Source: an uncultured delta proteobacterium (GTDB lineage: Bacteria; Desulfobacterota; Syntrophorhabdia; Syntrophorhabdales; WCHB1-27). From it: DNA of 64,000 nt. This document shows, one piece after another, positions 1 through 9,003 of this stretch; the stretch's first letter is position 1; each line of letters starts with the position of its first letter. The stretch is from NCBI GenBank assembly GCA_963810935.1, contig CAWEPK010000008.1, positions 288,001-352,000 on the forward strand. The letters run 5' to 3'. Under the pieces are notes generated by a model. It ran no database searches. It was not told the origin of the DNA and was given only the letters and a program-made list of their open reading frames with translations. A program made the position numbers and the translations under genes.

Positions 1-1
1 G

Positions 2-811
2 GCCAGGATCATAGCAGGCGGGACCGATGTCGTAGTGCAGGCCAGGGACGGCTCAAGGGCCGAAAAGGTCCTGGTCGATATCACCCGCATCAAGGGCCTG
101 GGCTACATCAGGAAAGATAAAGAAACGGTCCACATAGGCTGCCTCGCAACACATGCCGAGGTGGCTGCGTCCGGGATCGTCCGGGAGAAAGGGTCTGCAC
201 TGGCCGAAGGCGCCTCGCGTCTCGGCTCTCCACAGATAAGGAACATGGCGACCGTTGCGGGCAATATCGTCAACGCCCAGCCGGGCGCGGATACGGTGAT
301 CCCCCTGCTCGCGCTCGATGCGCAGGTCCGCATCGTCGGCAGCCGCGGCGAGCGGTGGGTGCCGCTAACGAAGCTCTTCACCGGCGTCGGACAGTGTCGC
401 GTGGACAGCACGCGCGAGTTGCTGACGGAGATCGCCTTCGCCGCCCACAAAAAAAGCGAGGGCAGCGCCGCCTTCAGGCTCGCCAAGCGCGCGGCCCTGG
501 TGCTCCCCATCCTTACGGCGGCGGCGTTCGTTGCGATAGACCCTAAGGCAGGCACGTTCCTGAAGGCAAGGATCGCGGTCGGCCCCGTTGCCCTCACGCC
601 GCTGCGCTGCACTGCGGCGGAGAAGCTGCTTTCGGGCGCGCCGGCCGGCGAGGAAGCCATAAAGAAGGCGGCGAGAGAGGCGGCCGCCGCCGCGCAGCCG
701 AGGAGCAGCCTTATCCGGGGCACCAGGGAATACCGGCAGGCGATGGTCGAGGTCCTGGTCGAAAGGGCCCTGAAGACTGCGCTCAAAAGGGCGGAGGGGC
801 AAAATGGCTAA
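2..811 (+). CDS. Xanthine dehydrogenase/CO dehydrogenase family FAD-binding subunit (5' truncated by window edge)
   Basis: Frame is open from base 2 (ARIIAGGTDVVVQ, FAD-binding AGGTD motif); SPQIRNMATVAGNIVNA motif; overlaps the start of the 2Fe-2S subunit. Confidence 0.9.
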   Translation, partial: ARIIAGGTDVVVQARDGSRAEKVLVDITRIKGLGYIRKDKETVHIGCLATHAEVAASGIVREKGSALAEGASRLGSPQIRNMATVAGNIVNAQPGADTVIPLLALDAQVRIVGSRGERWVPLTKLFTGVGQCRVDSTRELLTEIAFAAHKKSEGSAAFRLAKRAALVLPILTAAAFVAIDPKAGTFLKARIAVGPVALTPLRCTAAEKLLSGAPAGEEAIKKAAREAAAAAQPRSSLIRGTREYRQAMVEVLVERALKTALKRAEGQNG

Positions 812-1280
812 GGAAAAGGTGAGGCTGACCGTAAACGGGAAAAGCACGGCCATTGAGGCGGAGCCGGGTGAGATGCTCGTAGACGTGCTGCGCGACAGGC
901 TGGGGCTGATGGGGACCAAGGCCGGATGCCGCACGGGCGAATGCGGGACGTGCTCGGTCATCATGAACGGCGTACTCGTCGCCTCCTGCATCGTCCCTAT
1001 AAAGAAGGCCGACAGGGCGAGCATAACGACCATAGAGGGTCTCGAAAAGGCGGGCGAGCTGCACGCAGTCCAGAAGGCGTTCATCGAAAAAGGGGCCATA
1101 CAGTGCGGCTTCTGCACACCTGCGATGGTGCTGGCGGGAAAGGTCCTGCTCGATAATAACCCTAACCCTACGAGAGAGCAGATACTGGAGGCTATATCGG
1201 GCATACTTTGCAGGTGCACCGGTTACCAGAAGATCCTCGAGGCGATAGTCTGGGCGTCGCAAGCCCAAGGACCGAGGTGA
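804..1280 (+). CDS. Mo-hydroxylase small subunit with two [2Fe-2S] clusters (CoxS/XdhC-like)
   Basis: GCRTGECGTC, QCGFC and LCRCTGY motifs. Confidence 0.95.
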   Translation: MAKEKVRLTVNGKSTAIEAEPGEMLVDVLRDRLGLMGTKAGCRTGECGTCSVIMNGVLVASCIVPIKKADRASITTIEGLEKAGELHAVQKAFIEKGAIQCGFCTPAMVLAGKVLLDNNPNPTREQILEAISGILCRCTGYQKILEAIVWASQAQGPR

Positions 1281-1283
1281 CGT

Positions 1284-3641
1284 ATGAGCCAGGAGAAAGC
1301 CGGAAGGAACGGTCTGAAGAAAGCGGGCGAATTTTCCGTCATCGGCAAATCGATGCTGAGGATGGATGGCCGGGATAAAGTTGCGGGCACGTTCAAGTAT
1401 ATAGGTGACTTCGAGTTCGCGCGCCTGCTCCACGGTGCAGTGCTGCGCAGCCCCCACCCGCACGCGCTCATAAAGAAGATCGACACGTCGGTAGCGAAAG
1501 CCCTGCCGGGCGTCGTTGCCGTGCTTACCGCCAAAGACGTGCCGGGCAGGAACGGCTTCGGCGCGATCACCCCGGACCAGCCCGTCATCTGCGGCGACAA
1601 GGTGCGGTTCGTGGGCGACGCAGTGGCCCTCGTCGCCGCGGAAGATGAGAAGACTGCGATAAAAGCGCTGCGCCTCATAAAAGTCGAGTACCAGGTGCTG
1701 CCGGCCGTCTTCTCCCCCGTTGACGCCCTGGCGCCGAACGCCCCGAAGGTCCATGACGCGGGCAACCTCATCACTACGTCGAGAGTGCAGAAAGGCGACG
1801 TGGACGCAGGCTTCAGGGAGGCCGACGTAGTGCTCGAGCGCACGTATGAGGTGCCCTTTCTGGAGCACGCATACCTTGAGCCGGACGTCACCGTGGCAGT
1901 ACCCGGAGGCGACGGGACAATGGCGGTATACGGCCCGATGCAGGCGCCCTTCACAACAAGGAGGAACGTCGCGCCCGTGCTCGGCGTCCCCGTAAACAAG
2001 GTCAGGTGCGTGGCGGTCTCGCCCGGCGGCGGGTTCGGCGGCAAGGAAGACTCGCCCGTCGATACGGCAGTGCGGGCCGCTGTCCTCGCCTGGACGTGCG
2101 GAAGGCCCGTGCGCCTGGAATATTCGCGCGAAGAGATCATGCTCTCCACGTGCAAGCGCCACCCCATGATACTCAAGTGCAAGATCGGCGCAAAGAAAGA
2201 CGGCAGGTTCACGGCATTCGCAGGGACGATCTACGACGAGCAGGGTGCGTACGCGTCGCTGGGGCCGGTACTGCCGCCGGCCGGAGGCGTCCATGCCCAC
2301 GCGGTAATCATGCTCGCCGGCCCCTACCAGATACCGAACGTGGCCGTCGAGGGCCACCTCGTCTTTACGAACCACCCGTATGGGGGCGCAATGCGCGGCT
2401 TCGGCGCGCCCCAGGCGAACTTCGCGCATGAATCGCTCGTGGACGAGCTGGCCGGCATGCTGCAGATGGACCCTTACGCCCTGCGGATGAAAAATGCCTT
2501 CGCCCTAGGCTCGGTCACAGCCACAGGCCAGGTCCTCGACCAGAGCGTCGGCCTGCGCGAGACCATGGAAGAGACCCACAGGACCTTCGGATGGCCGGAG
2601 AAAAGAAAGGCCGCAGCCGAACGCGCGGGCGGGGCCGGATCGGACAAGCGTACCGGCTACGGCATGGCGATAGGCTGGTACAGGACGAGCATAGGCACTT
2701 CCTTCGACGGGTGCGCAGCCAACGTGCACCTCATGGAAGACGGCTCGGTCATCATTTACCAGGGCCTCGTCGAGATGGGCCAGGGCATGCATACGGGCAT
2801 CTCACAGATAGCGGCGGAGGCGCTGGGCGTAGCGCTGGAAGACGTCAGGGTGATCACGCCCGACACGGACAGCGCCCCCGAATCGGGGCCTACTGTCGGC
2901 TCGCGCTGCCTTACGCTCATGGGGAACGCAATACTGCTTGCAATACAGCCGATAAAGGAATCGCTGATGCAATCGGCCTCGGAGCTTCTCGAAACGCCCG
3001 TCGCCAGGCTCGCCGCAGCAGACCGCTGGATCTACGACAGGGAAAACCCGGAGATGCGACTACAGGTCAAAGAGGCGGCCCGCCGCTGCATGGCCCTCGG
3101 CAGAAGGATGATGGGACAGGGCTGGTACACGCCGCCCAAGGCGACGCTCGACCCGAAAACAGGCCAGGGCAACCCCTACTTCGTGTATACTTATGCCACG
3201 CAGATGGCGGAGGTAGAAGTTGACACGAGGACCGGCGAGGCGCAGGTTAAAAAAATCGTCGCTTCTTTCGACATCGGCAAGGCGATCAACCCCATGCTGC
3301 TCGAAGGTCAGATAGACGGCGGCATCGGCATGGGCCTCGGTTACGCACTCACGGAAAAGGTCGTGATCGACAAAGGCGTCATACAAAACCTTGGGCTGAA
3401 AGATTATCTTATCCCAACGTCCCTCGACATTCCGGAGATAGCATCTACAATGATCGAGAAACACAACATCCACGGTCCCTTCGGGGCGAAGGGCATCGGC
3501 GAGATGCCAAACATACCGACGCCCGCGGCAATCAACAACGCCATCGCCGACGCCATCGGCGCGCGCCTTTACAAACTGCCTCTGGATTCGGAATCCGTCT
3601 GGAGGGCAATGCGAGACGCAAAAGAAAAGAGAGGGAGGTAA
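1284..3641 (+). CDS. Xanthine dehydrogenase family molybdopterin-binding large subunit
   Basis: HAYLEP, GGGFGGK, AMRGFGAPQ, EMGQG and GAKGIGE motifs. Confidence 0.95.
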   Translation: MSQEKAGRNGLKKAGEFSVIGKSMLRMDGRDKVAGTFKYIGDFEFARLLHGAVLRSPHPHALIKKIDTSVAKALPGVVAVLTAKDVPGRNGFGAITPDQPVICGDKVRFVGDAVALVAAEDEKTAIKALRLIKVEYQVLPAVFSPVDALAPNAPKVHDAGNLITTSRVQKGDVDAGFREADVVLERTYEVPFLEHAYLEPDVTVAVPGGDGTMAVYGPMQAPFTTRRNVAPVLGVPVNKVRCVAVSPGGGFGGKEDSPVDTAVRAAVLAWTCGRPVRLEYSREEIMLSTCKRHPMILKCKIGAKKDGRFTAFAGTIYDEQGAYASLGPVLPPAGGVHAHAVIMLAGPYQIPNVAVEGHLVFTNHPYGGAMRGFGAPQANFAHESLVDELAGMLQMDPYALRMKNAFALGSVTATGQVLDQSVGLRETMEETHRTFGWPEKRKAAAERAGGAGSDKRTGYGMAIGWYRTSIGTSFDGCAANVHLMEDGSVIIYQGLVEMGQGMHTGISQIAAEALGVALEDVRVITPDTDSAPESGPTVGSRCLTLMGNAILLAIQPIKESLMQSASELLETPVARLAAADRWIYDRENPEMRLQVKEAARRCMALGRRMMGQGWYTPPKATLDPKTGQGNPYFVYTYATQMAEVEVDTRTGEAQVKKIVASFDIGKAINPMLLEGQIDGGIGMGLGYALTEKVVIDKGVIQNLGLKDYLIPTSLDIPEIASTMIEKHNIHGPFGAKGIGEMPNIPTPAAINNAIADAIGARLYKLPLDSESVWRAMRDAKEKRGR

Positions 3642-3645
3642 GCTC

Positions 3646-4452
3646 ATGCTCCGTTTCAGCGCGAATCTCACCATGATGTTTAACGAAGTCGAGTTCCTCG
3701 ACAGGTTCGGGAGGGCGGCGGCGGCCGGCTTCAAGGCGGTCGAGTATATGTTCCCCTACCCTTACGAGAAAGACGTACTCGCTGACAAGCTGCACGCCTT
3801 CGATCTGGAGCAGGTGCTCATCAACCTTCCCGCAGGCAACTGGGAAGGAGGCGAGAGGGGCATCGCGCTGCTGCCCGACAGGGTGGGCGAGTTCGAAGAC
3901 GGGGTCGGCCGCGCCATCGATTACGCAGTTGCGCTCGGCTGCGACCGCGTCAACCTCCTGGTGGGACTGACGCCTTACGACGTGCCGGCACAGACCGCGC
4001 GGCAGACGCTCGTGCGAAACGTACGCTTCGCGGCTACAGCCTTTGCCGCAAAGAAGATCAGGCTCCTCGTCGAGACGATCAATACCCGCGACATGCCGGG
4101 CTTTTATCTCTCCACTACAGATGCATTCCTCGCGCTCTGTAAAGAGGTGGACCATCCGAACGTCTTTTACCAGTACGACGTTTTCCATATGCAGGTAATG
4201 GAAGGGCGCCTGGCCGAGAGGATACGGGCGAATATCGAGAAGATAGCGCATATCCAGGTGGCCGACGAGCCGGGGAGGCATGAGCCGGGGACGGGCGAGA
4301 TCAACTATCCGAACATGTTCCGGTTTATCGAGGAGGCGGGATACAAGGGCTTCGTGGGCTGCGAATACCGCCCGGCAGGAAAAACCGAGGACGGGCTGGA
4401 CTGGCTGAAACCTTATTTGAAAGGAAAACAGCAAACTAACTCAAAGAGATAA
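3646..4452 (+). CDS. hyi: Hydroxypyruvate isomerase
   Basis: MLRFSANLTMMF start, YDVFHMQ and PGRHEPGTGEINY motifs. Confidence 0.9.
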   Translation: MLRFSANLTMMFNEVEFLDRFGRAAAAGFKAVEYMFPYPYEKDVLADKLHAFDLEQVLINLPAGNWEGGERGIALLPDRVGEFEDGVGRAIDYAVALGCDRVNLLVGLTPYDVPAQTARQTLVRNVRFAATAFAAKKIRLLVETINTRDMPGFYLSTTDAFLALCKEVDHPNVFYQYDVFHMQVMEGRLAERIRANIEKIAHIQVADEPGRHEPGTGEINYPNMFRFIEEAGYKGFVGCEYRPAGKTEDGLDWLKPYLKGKQQTNSKR

Positions 4453-4468
4453 ACCAGGAGGCGCTTAA

Positions 4469-5365
4469 ATGTCTAAAATAGCATTCGTCGGACTGGGCAT
4501 CATGGGCAAGCCGATGGCGGCAAATCTGATAAAGGCGGGACATGCGCTCTTCATCTACGACGTAATGGAGGCGCCTGTCGCGGAGCTTGCGGCCAAGGGC
4601 GCAACGCGGTGCGCGAGCGCGAAAGAGGCGGCGGAAAAGTCGGAGATCGTGATCCTGATGCTGCCCGACACGCCCGACGTGGAAGCAGCCATCTTCGGTC
4701 AAAACGGAGTGGCCGCAGGCGTGCGTGCCGGCTCCGTAGTCGTCGATATGAGCTCCATCTCACCCATCGCCACCCGCAGGTTCGCAGAAAGCCTAGCGGC
4801 AAAGGGGGTGGAGATGCTCGACGCCCCCGTCTCCGGCGGCCAGGTCGGCGCCGAGAACGCGACGCTTTCGATCATGGTCGGCGGCAAGGAAGAGGTATTC
4901 GAGAAGATCAAGCCGATCTTTGAAAAAGTGGGAAAGAATATCGTCCGGATCGGCGGCAACGGCGACGGCCAGACCTGCAAGGTAGCAAACCAGATCGTCG
5001 TCGCCCTCACCATAGAGGCCGTCTCCGAGGCGCTGGTTTTTGCCTCAAAGGCCGGGGCCGACGTAGCCAAAGTCAGGGAAGCCCTTCTCGGCGGTTTCGC
5101 CCAGAGCAGGATACTCGAAATCCACGGCCAGAGGATGATCGACCGCAATTTTCAACCGGGATTCAGGGTGCGGCTCCACCAGAAGGACCTCAACCTGGCG
5201 CTCCAGGCAGGCCGGGAGCTGGGCGTGGCCCTTCCCAATACGGCAACCGCGCAGCAGCTTTATACAGCGCTTGTTGCCGAGAAAGGGGGAGACCTGGACC
5301 ATTCGGCAATGATCGAGGTGATCGAGAAGCTGGCGGCCCATGCCATCGGGCCGTCCGGGAAATAG
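4469..5365 (+). CDS. glxR: 2-hydroxy-3-oxopropionate (tartronate semialdehyde) reductase
   Basis: GLGIMGKPMA Rossmann fold, DAPVSGG, CKVANQ, FQPGFRVRLHQKDL; adjacent to hyi. Confidence 0.88.
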   Translation: MSKIAFVGLGIMGKPMAANLIKAGHALFIYDVMEAPVAELAAKGATRCASAKEAAEKSEIVILMLPDTPDVEAAIFGQNGVAAGVRAGSVVVDMSSISPIATRRFAESLAAKGVEMLDAPVSGGQVGAENATLSIMVGGKEEVFEKIKPIFEKVGKNIVRIGGNGDGQTCKVANQIVVALTIEAVSEALVFASKAGADVAKVREALLGGFAQSRILEIHGQRMIDRNFQPGFRVRLHQKDLNLALQAGRELGVALPNTATAQQLYTALVAEKGGDLDHSAMIEVIEKLAAHAIGPSGK

Positions 5366-5390
5366 GCGGTTTTCCACCTGCGTCCGATGG

Positions 5391-6488
5391 CTAGGCGCGT
5401 TTTTTCTTCGTCACGCAGTGGACGCCCTGTCCTGCGAAGCCCGGCTTAAAGCAGAGGCTGTCCGACTTGCAGAACGCCGGCCGCCTGTCCCCTTCCCTCC
5501 ATCGGTTCACCAGGTCCGGCTCCGCGATCAGGGGGCGGCTCAGCGCGATATAGTCGGCCGTCCCGTCGGCGACCAATCTTTCCGCTGCTTCATAGAGCCG
5601 TATGCCGCCCACAAGCATCAGCGGCACCCGGACCTTCTCTTTGTACCGGCGGGCTGCCGCCAGGTAGTAGGCCCCTCCCTCCGCAACGGCCGCCTTCCCC
5701 GTCCTCGACGGGCCGTAAGCGCCGTACGGCGTGCCCCCGCTCATCTCTATCGCGTCCACGCCTCCCGCCTCCAGCATGGTAGAAACGGAAAGCATGTCAT
5801 CGACGGTAAAACCGCCGTCTTCGTAGTCTTCGGCGTTGATCTTGACGGTAACGGCAAAATCCGGACCGACCGCCGCCCGCACGGCAGCGACCGTCTCCAG
5901 GAGAAGCCTCGCCCTGCCCTCTACGGCGCCGCCATAGCCGTCCTGCCTTTTGTTAATGCGGGGCGAAAGGAACTGGCTCAACATGTAGCCGTGGGCTGCG
6001 TGCACCTGCACGCCGTCAAAGCCGGCTTTCTTCGACCTGGCCGCCGCTGCCGCGAAGGCTTCTACCGTATGCCGCAAGTCATCGGCGCTCATAGCGCATG
6101 AAGCGCTCCCGTCCGGCGCCAGGTCGGAAGGCCCCTTGGCCGTCATGCCGGTCAGCTCCTTGTTGGCCCTGCTCCCCGCATGGGCAAGCTGCGCCATGAT
6201 TACTCCGCCCGCACCGTGCACCGCGTCCGTCAGTCCTTTAAGCGGCCCGATGTAGTCGTCGCTGTATATCGCCTGCTGCCACCTGCCCGCCTGCCCCTCC
6301 GGGCTTACATACGTATGGCCGGATATGATGATGCCCACGCCGCCTTTCGCGAGCCCGACGAGAACATCCTTCAGGGCGTCCGTAGGATAGCCTTCCGGCG
6401 TCGCCATGCCTTCCCACGTGGCCGACCGTACAAACCTGTTCGCTACCTTTATGTTGTTGAGCTTCGTTGCCTCAAAAAGCTGCGCCAT
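5391..6488 (-). CDS. NADH:flavin oxidoreductase (Old Yellow Enzyme family)
   Basis: NRFVRSATWE, QLAHAG, GFDGVQVHAAHGYMLSQFLSP, RQDGYGG. Confidence 0.92.
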   Translation of the reverse strand: MAQLFEATKLNNIKVANRFVRSATWEGMATPEGYPTDALKDVLVGLAKGGVGIIISGHTYVSPEGQAGRWQQAIYSDDYIGPLKGLTDAVHGAGGVIMAQLAHAGSRANKELTGMTAKGPSDLAPDGSASCAMSADDLRHTVEAFAAAAARSKKAGFDGVQVHAAHGYMLSQFLSPRINKRQDGYGGAVEGRARLLLETVAAVRAAVGPDFAVTVKINAEDYEDGGFTVDDMLSVSTMLEAGGVDAIEMSGGTPYGAYGPSRTGKAAVAEGGAYYLAAARRYKEKVRVPLMLVGGIRLYEAAERLVADGTADYIALSRPLIAEPDLVNRWREGDRRPAFCKSDSLCFKPGFAGQGVHCVTKKKRA

Positions 6489-6499
6489 CTCTTCCTCCT

Positions 6500-7195
6500 T
6501 TATTCCAGCAGAAGCAGGGGATTGAAACGCGTCTCACGGTCATAGACGTCGACCCCCTCGTGCCGCTTCAGAAAACCGACCATCCAATAGGTGAACGGAG
6601 TAACCACCGCCTCGTAGACCGACTTGAACATCCATTGGGTAACGATCGTCCAGCCCAGGACCGCAGGCGGCATCACACCATAAAAGGCAATGGTTATGAA
6701 CACGGTCGAATCGAGGGCCTGCCCCACGACGGTCGATCCTATCGTGCGCGTCCAGAGCCAGCGGCCTTCGGTCGCTATCTTCATCTTGGCCAGGACGAAG
6801 GAGTTTGCAAACTCGCCCACGAGGTAGGCGGCGAAAGACGCGGCGAGGATCCTCGGCGTGCAGCCGAGTATCCGCTCGTAGGCAGACTGGCCGTCCCAGA
6901 AAGGCGCGGAGGGCATTGCCTGTCCTGCCAGTATGGCGATAACGGCAATGAAGTTGCAGAAGAAGCCGAGCCAGATCACCTGCCTCGCCCGCCGGTAGCC
7001 GTAGACTTCCGTGAGGACGTCGCCGAAGACGTAGCTCAGCGGAAAAATCACTATGCTGGCGGGAAGGACAAGCCCCCACACGCGCACGAGCTTCACCGCC
7101 ATTATGTTCGCCGTGATGAGGCACGTCGTGAAGACAGCCGCAATGAAGACGAACCACGCCGAATATCCCTTTTGCCCGCTGTTATTTTGGACCAT
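6500..7195 (-). CDS. yhhQ: Queuosine precursor transporter (YhhQ/VUT family)
   Basis: FPLSYVFGDVLTEVYG, RILAASFAAYLVGE, RTIGSTVVGQALDS; hydrophobic. Confidence 0.88.
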   Translation of the reverse strand: MVQNNSGQKGYSAWFVFIAAVFTTCLITANIMAVKLVRVWGLVLPASIVIFPLSYVFGDVLTEVYGYRRARQVIWLGFFCNFIAVIAILAGQAMPSAPFWDGQSAYERILGCTPRILAASFAAYLVGEFANSFVLAKMKIATEGRWLWTRTIGSTVVGQALDSTVFITIAFYGVMPPAVLGWTIVTQWMFKSVYEAVVTPFTYWMVGFLKRHEGVDVYDRETRFNPLLLLE

Positions 7196-7206
7196 GACCT
7201 ATAGAT

Positions 7207-7234
7207 ACTATACCGCGACCTGCCCCGATTTCAA
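7207..7234 (-). promoter_or_regulatory. sigma70-like promoter of yhhQ
   Basis: Minus strand TTGAAA-16-TATAGT, 11 nt upstream of the ATG. Confidence 0.5.
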
Positions 7235-7246
7235 CTCCCCGTCTCC

Positions 7247-7275
7247 TTGCCGCATCCGCGCCTCTGCACTATAAT
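7247..7275 (+). promoter_or_regulatory. sigma70-like promoter of the rubrerythrin-like gene
   Basis: TTGCCG-17-TATAAT. Confidence 0.6.
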
Positions 7276-7318
7276 TAAGAAAACTACGCGATGCCGCATC
7301 GGCCGAAAGGGGGCAAAA

Positions 7319-7801
7319 ATGGACGTGTACGATTACGCCATGCAGATGGAGAAAGATGGAGAACAGCTTTACAGGGAAGGGGCGCGCCTGTCCGGGCACA
7401 AGGGCCTCGCCTCGATAATGACGATGCTCGCGGACGCGGAGATCGCCCATTACAACCTCTTCAAGCGCATGAAGGAGCACGAGGGCGGGCGCCTGCCTGA
7501 GACAAACCTGCTCAAGGACGTCAAGAATGTATTTGTGACGATGAAGGAGCAAGGCGGCCTTGAGTCCATCGGCGTGTCGGAGATAGACCTTTACAAAAAG
7601 GCCCAGGACATAGAAAAGAAGAGCGAGGACTTCTACCGCGAATCGGCGTCAAAGGTGGACGGCGCCGAGCGCGAGTCATTCATCCAGGTGGCCGACGAGG
7701 AGAAGAAGCACTACTTCATTCTTCAGCAGATAATAGACTTCGTCTCCCGGCCGCAGCAGTGGCTTGAAAACGCGGAATGGTACCACCTGGACGAATACTG
7801 A
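7319..7801 (+). CDS. Rubrerythrin/ferritin-like diiron protein
   Basis: Duplicated E...ExxH motifs (AEIAH, EEKKH); SD AGGGGG before ATG 7319. Confidence 0.88.
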   Translation: MDVYDYAMQMEKDGEQLYREGARLSGHKGLASIMTMLADAEIAHYNLFKRMKEHEGGRLPETNLLKDVKNVFVTMKEQGGLESIGVSEIDLYKKAQDIEKKSEDFYRESASKVDGAERESFIQVADEEKKHYFILQQIIDFVSRPQQWLENAEWYHLDEY

Positions 7802-7811
7802 CGCCTAAGCC

Positions 7812-7997
7812 TTATTTTTCGATCTTCTTCTTACACCGCACGCACTGAAGGGAACCGGTGTCGTGGATGACGTCTTCCGCGTACACCTTTTCGGAACCCG
7901 GGTCCGCCTTCTCCTCGTCCGTAGCGCATACTGCACAGACGTACTCTTTCCGCTTGGTATGGTAGGCCCTCAACTTCTTCTCGTCGAGCATGGGCAT
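7812..7997 (-). CDS. Small putative zinc-ribbon protein
   Basis: 61 aa with two CxxC pairs (CAVC, CVRC); SD AAGGAG upstream. Confidence 0.7.
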   Translation of the reverse strand: MPMLDEKKLRAYHTKRKEYVCAVCATDEEKADPGSEKVYAEDVIHDTGSLQCVRCKKKIEK

Positions 7998-8109
7998 CGC
8001 GCAACTCTCCTTTCGTTTTATTCGCTCTATTGATGTGACGTATTTAAGATAGTGTAATCACGGATTGGGGGCGGCGCAATGTAAGCCGGGGGAGTCTGTC
8101 GGGGACGGC

Positions 8110-8796
8110 CTACCGAAGCTCGACGCGCTTTATGCCTTCGATGCCCGAAACGTATGTTACGATATCCCGATCGAGGGGCTGGACCGTATGGAAACGGAGC
8201 TTGAATTCGACGAGAAGCTCCTTCCTCTCGCGGTTCTTGCTCAGGGCGAAGCTGCTAATCCTGACGCCGTGCCTGTCGAGCACGTCATGCACCCGGTCGA
8301 GCTGGCCCTCGACGTCGTCCGAAAGAATCAGCAGGTCCCTGAACCAGTCCCTTTTCAACCTTCTCTCAAGCGACTTCAGGCTGACAAGCGAGCCGACTGC
8401 AATAGCCGAGACGGCGGTGCTGAAAAGATAGTAGCCGGCCCCCGCTGCCAGCCCTACGGAGCAGACGACCCACATGCAAGCCGCGGTGGTCAGCCCCCTT
8501 GTTGAGTTCCTGTACCGTATGATGGCCCCCGCGCCGAGGAAGCCGATGCCGGTGATCGCCTGCGCTGCTATGCGCGCAGGGTCGAGGCCGATGTGAAACA
8601 GGGCCGCCGCCTGATACTTGTAGACTATGGACTCGGAAAGGACCATAGCCAGAGCCGAGCCGAGCGAGACGAGCAGATAGGTCCTTATGCCCGCTTCCCT
8701 GCCGTGCACCTCCCTCTCCAGCCCGATAACCGCTCCGAGAAACGATGCCAGAAACAGCCTTGCTACTATCTCGGTTTCGCCTGCCATAGTCATCAC
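8110..8796 (-). CDS. MgtC/SapB family membrane protein with C-terminal ACT-like domain
   Basis: IGLERE..GREAGIRT, DPARIAAQAITGIGFLGAGAI, GLTTAA. Confidence 0.92.
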   Translation of the reverse strand: MMTMAGETEIVARLFLASFLGAVIGLEREVHGREAGIRTYLLVSLGSALAMVLSESIVYKYQAAALFHIGLDPARIAAQAITGIGFLGAGAIIRYRNSTRGLTTAACMWVVCSVGLAAGAGYYLFSTAVSAIAVGSLVSLKSLERRLKRDWFRDLLILSDDVEGQLDRVHDVLDRHGVRISSFALSKNRERKELLVEFKLRFHTVQPLDRDIVTYVSGIEGIKRVELR

Positions 8797-8924
8797 CTTC
8801 CTTGCGTCCGGACGTGATACCCATTATATCAGGTTAGGCAGCGGCCCGGTCGATTTTTTGAAGGCGGCCGGGCAAGTCGATTGTCCCCGTTTCGGGACCG
8901 GCAGCGTACTATCGGAGGCGCCCA

Positions 8925-8951
8925 TAAGTTTTCGGCGTTTACATCCGATAA
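8925..8951 (+). promoter_or_regulatory. sigma28 (FliA)-like promoter upstream of the mla/pqi operon
   Basis: TAAG(TTT)-N15-TCCGATAA versus consensus TAAA-N15-GCCGATAA. Confidence 0.5.
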
Positions 8952-9003
8952 ACTCAGGATGGTTGAGAACGGAAGTTCCTTTGAAGGGCTGGACGGCCGG
9001 AAG

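Noticed and set aside
783..2429. Long antisense and alternate-frame ORFs (also 10583-11920, 12944-14269, 19694-21430, 44117-45505, 57763-58989, 62312-63451 and many shorter ones)
   Set aside because: They shadow well-supported genes, have no recognisable motifs and are expected from GC-rich codon bias
7196..7246. preQ1 riboswitch upstream of yhhQ
   Set aside because: The predicted leader is only a few nt and no preQ1 consensus is visible
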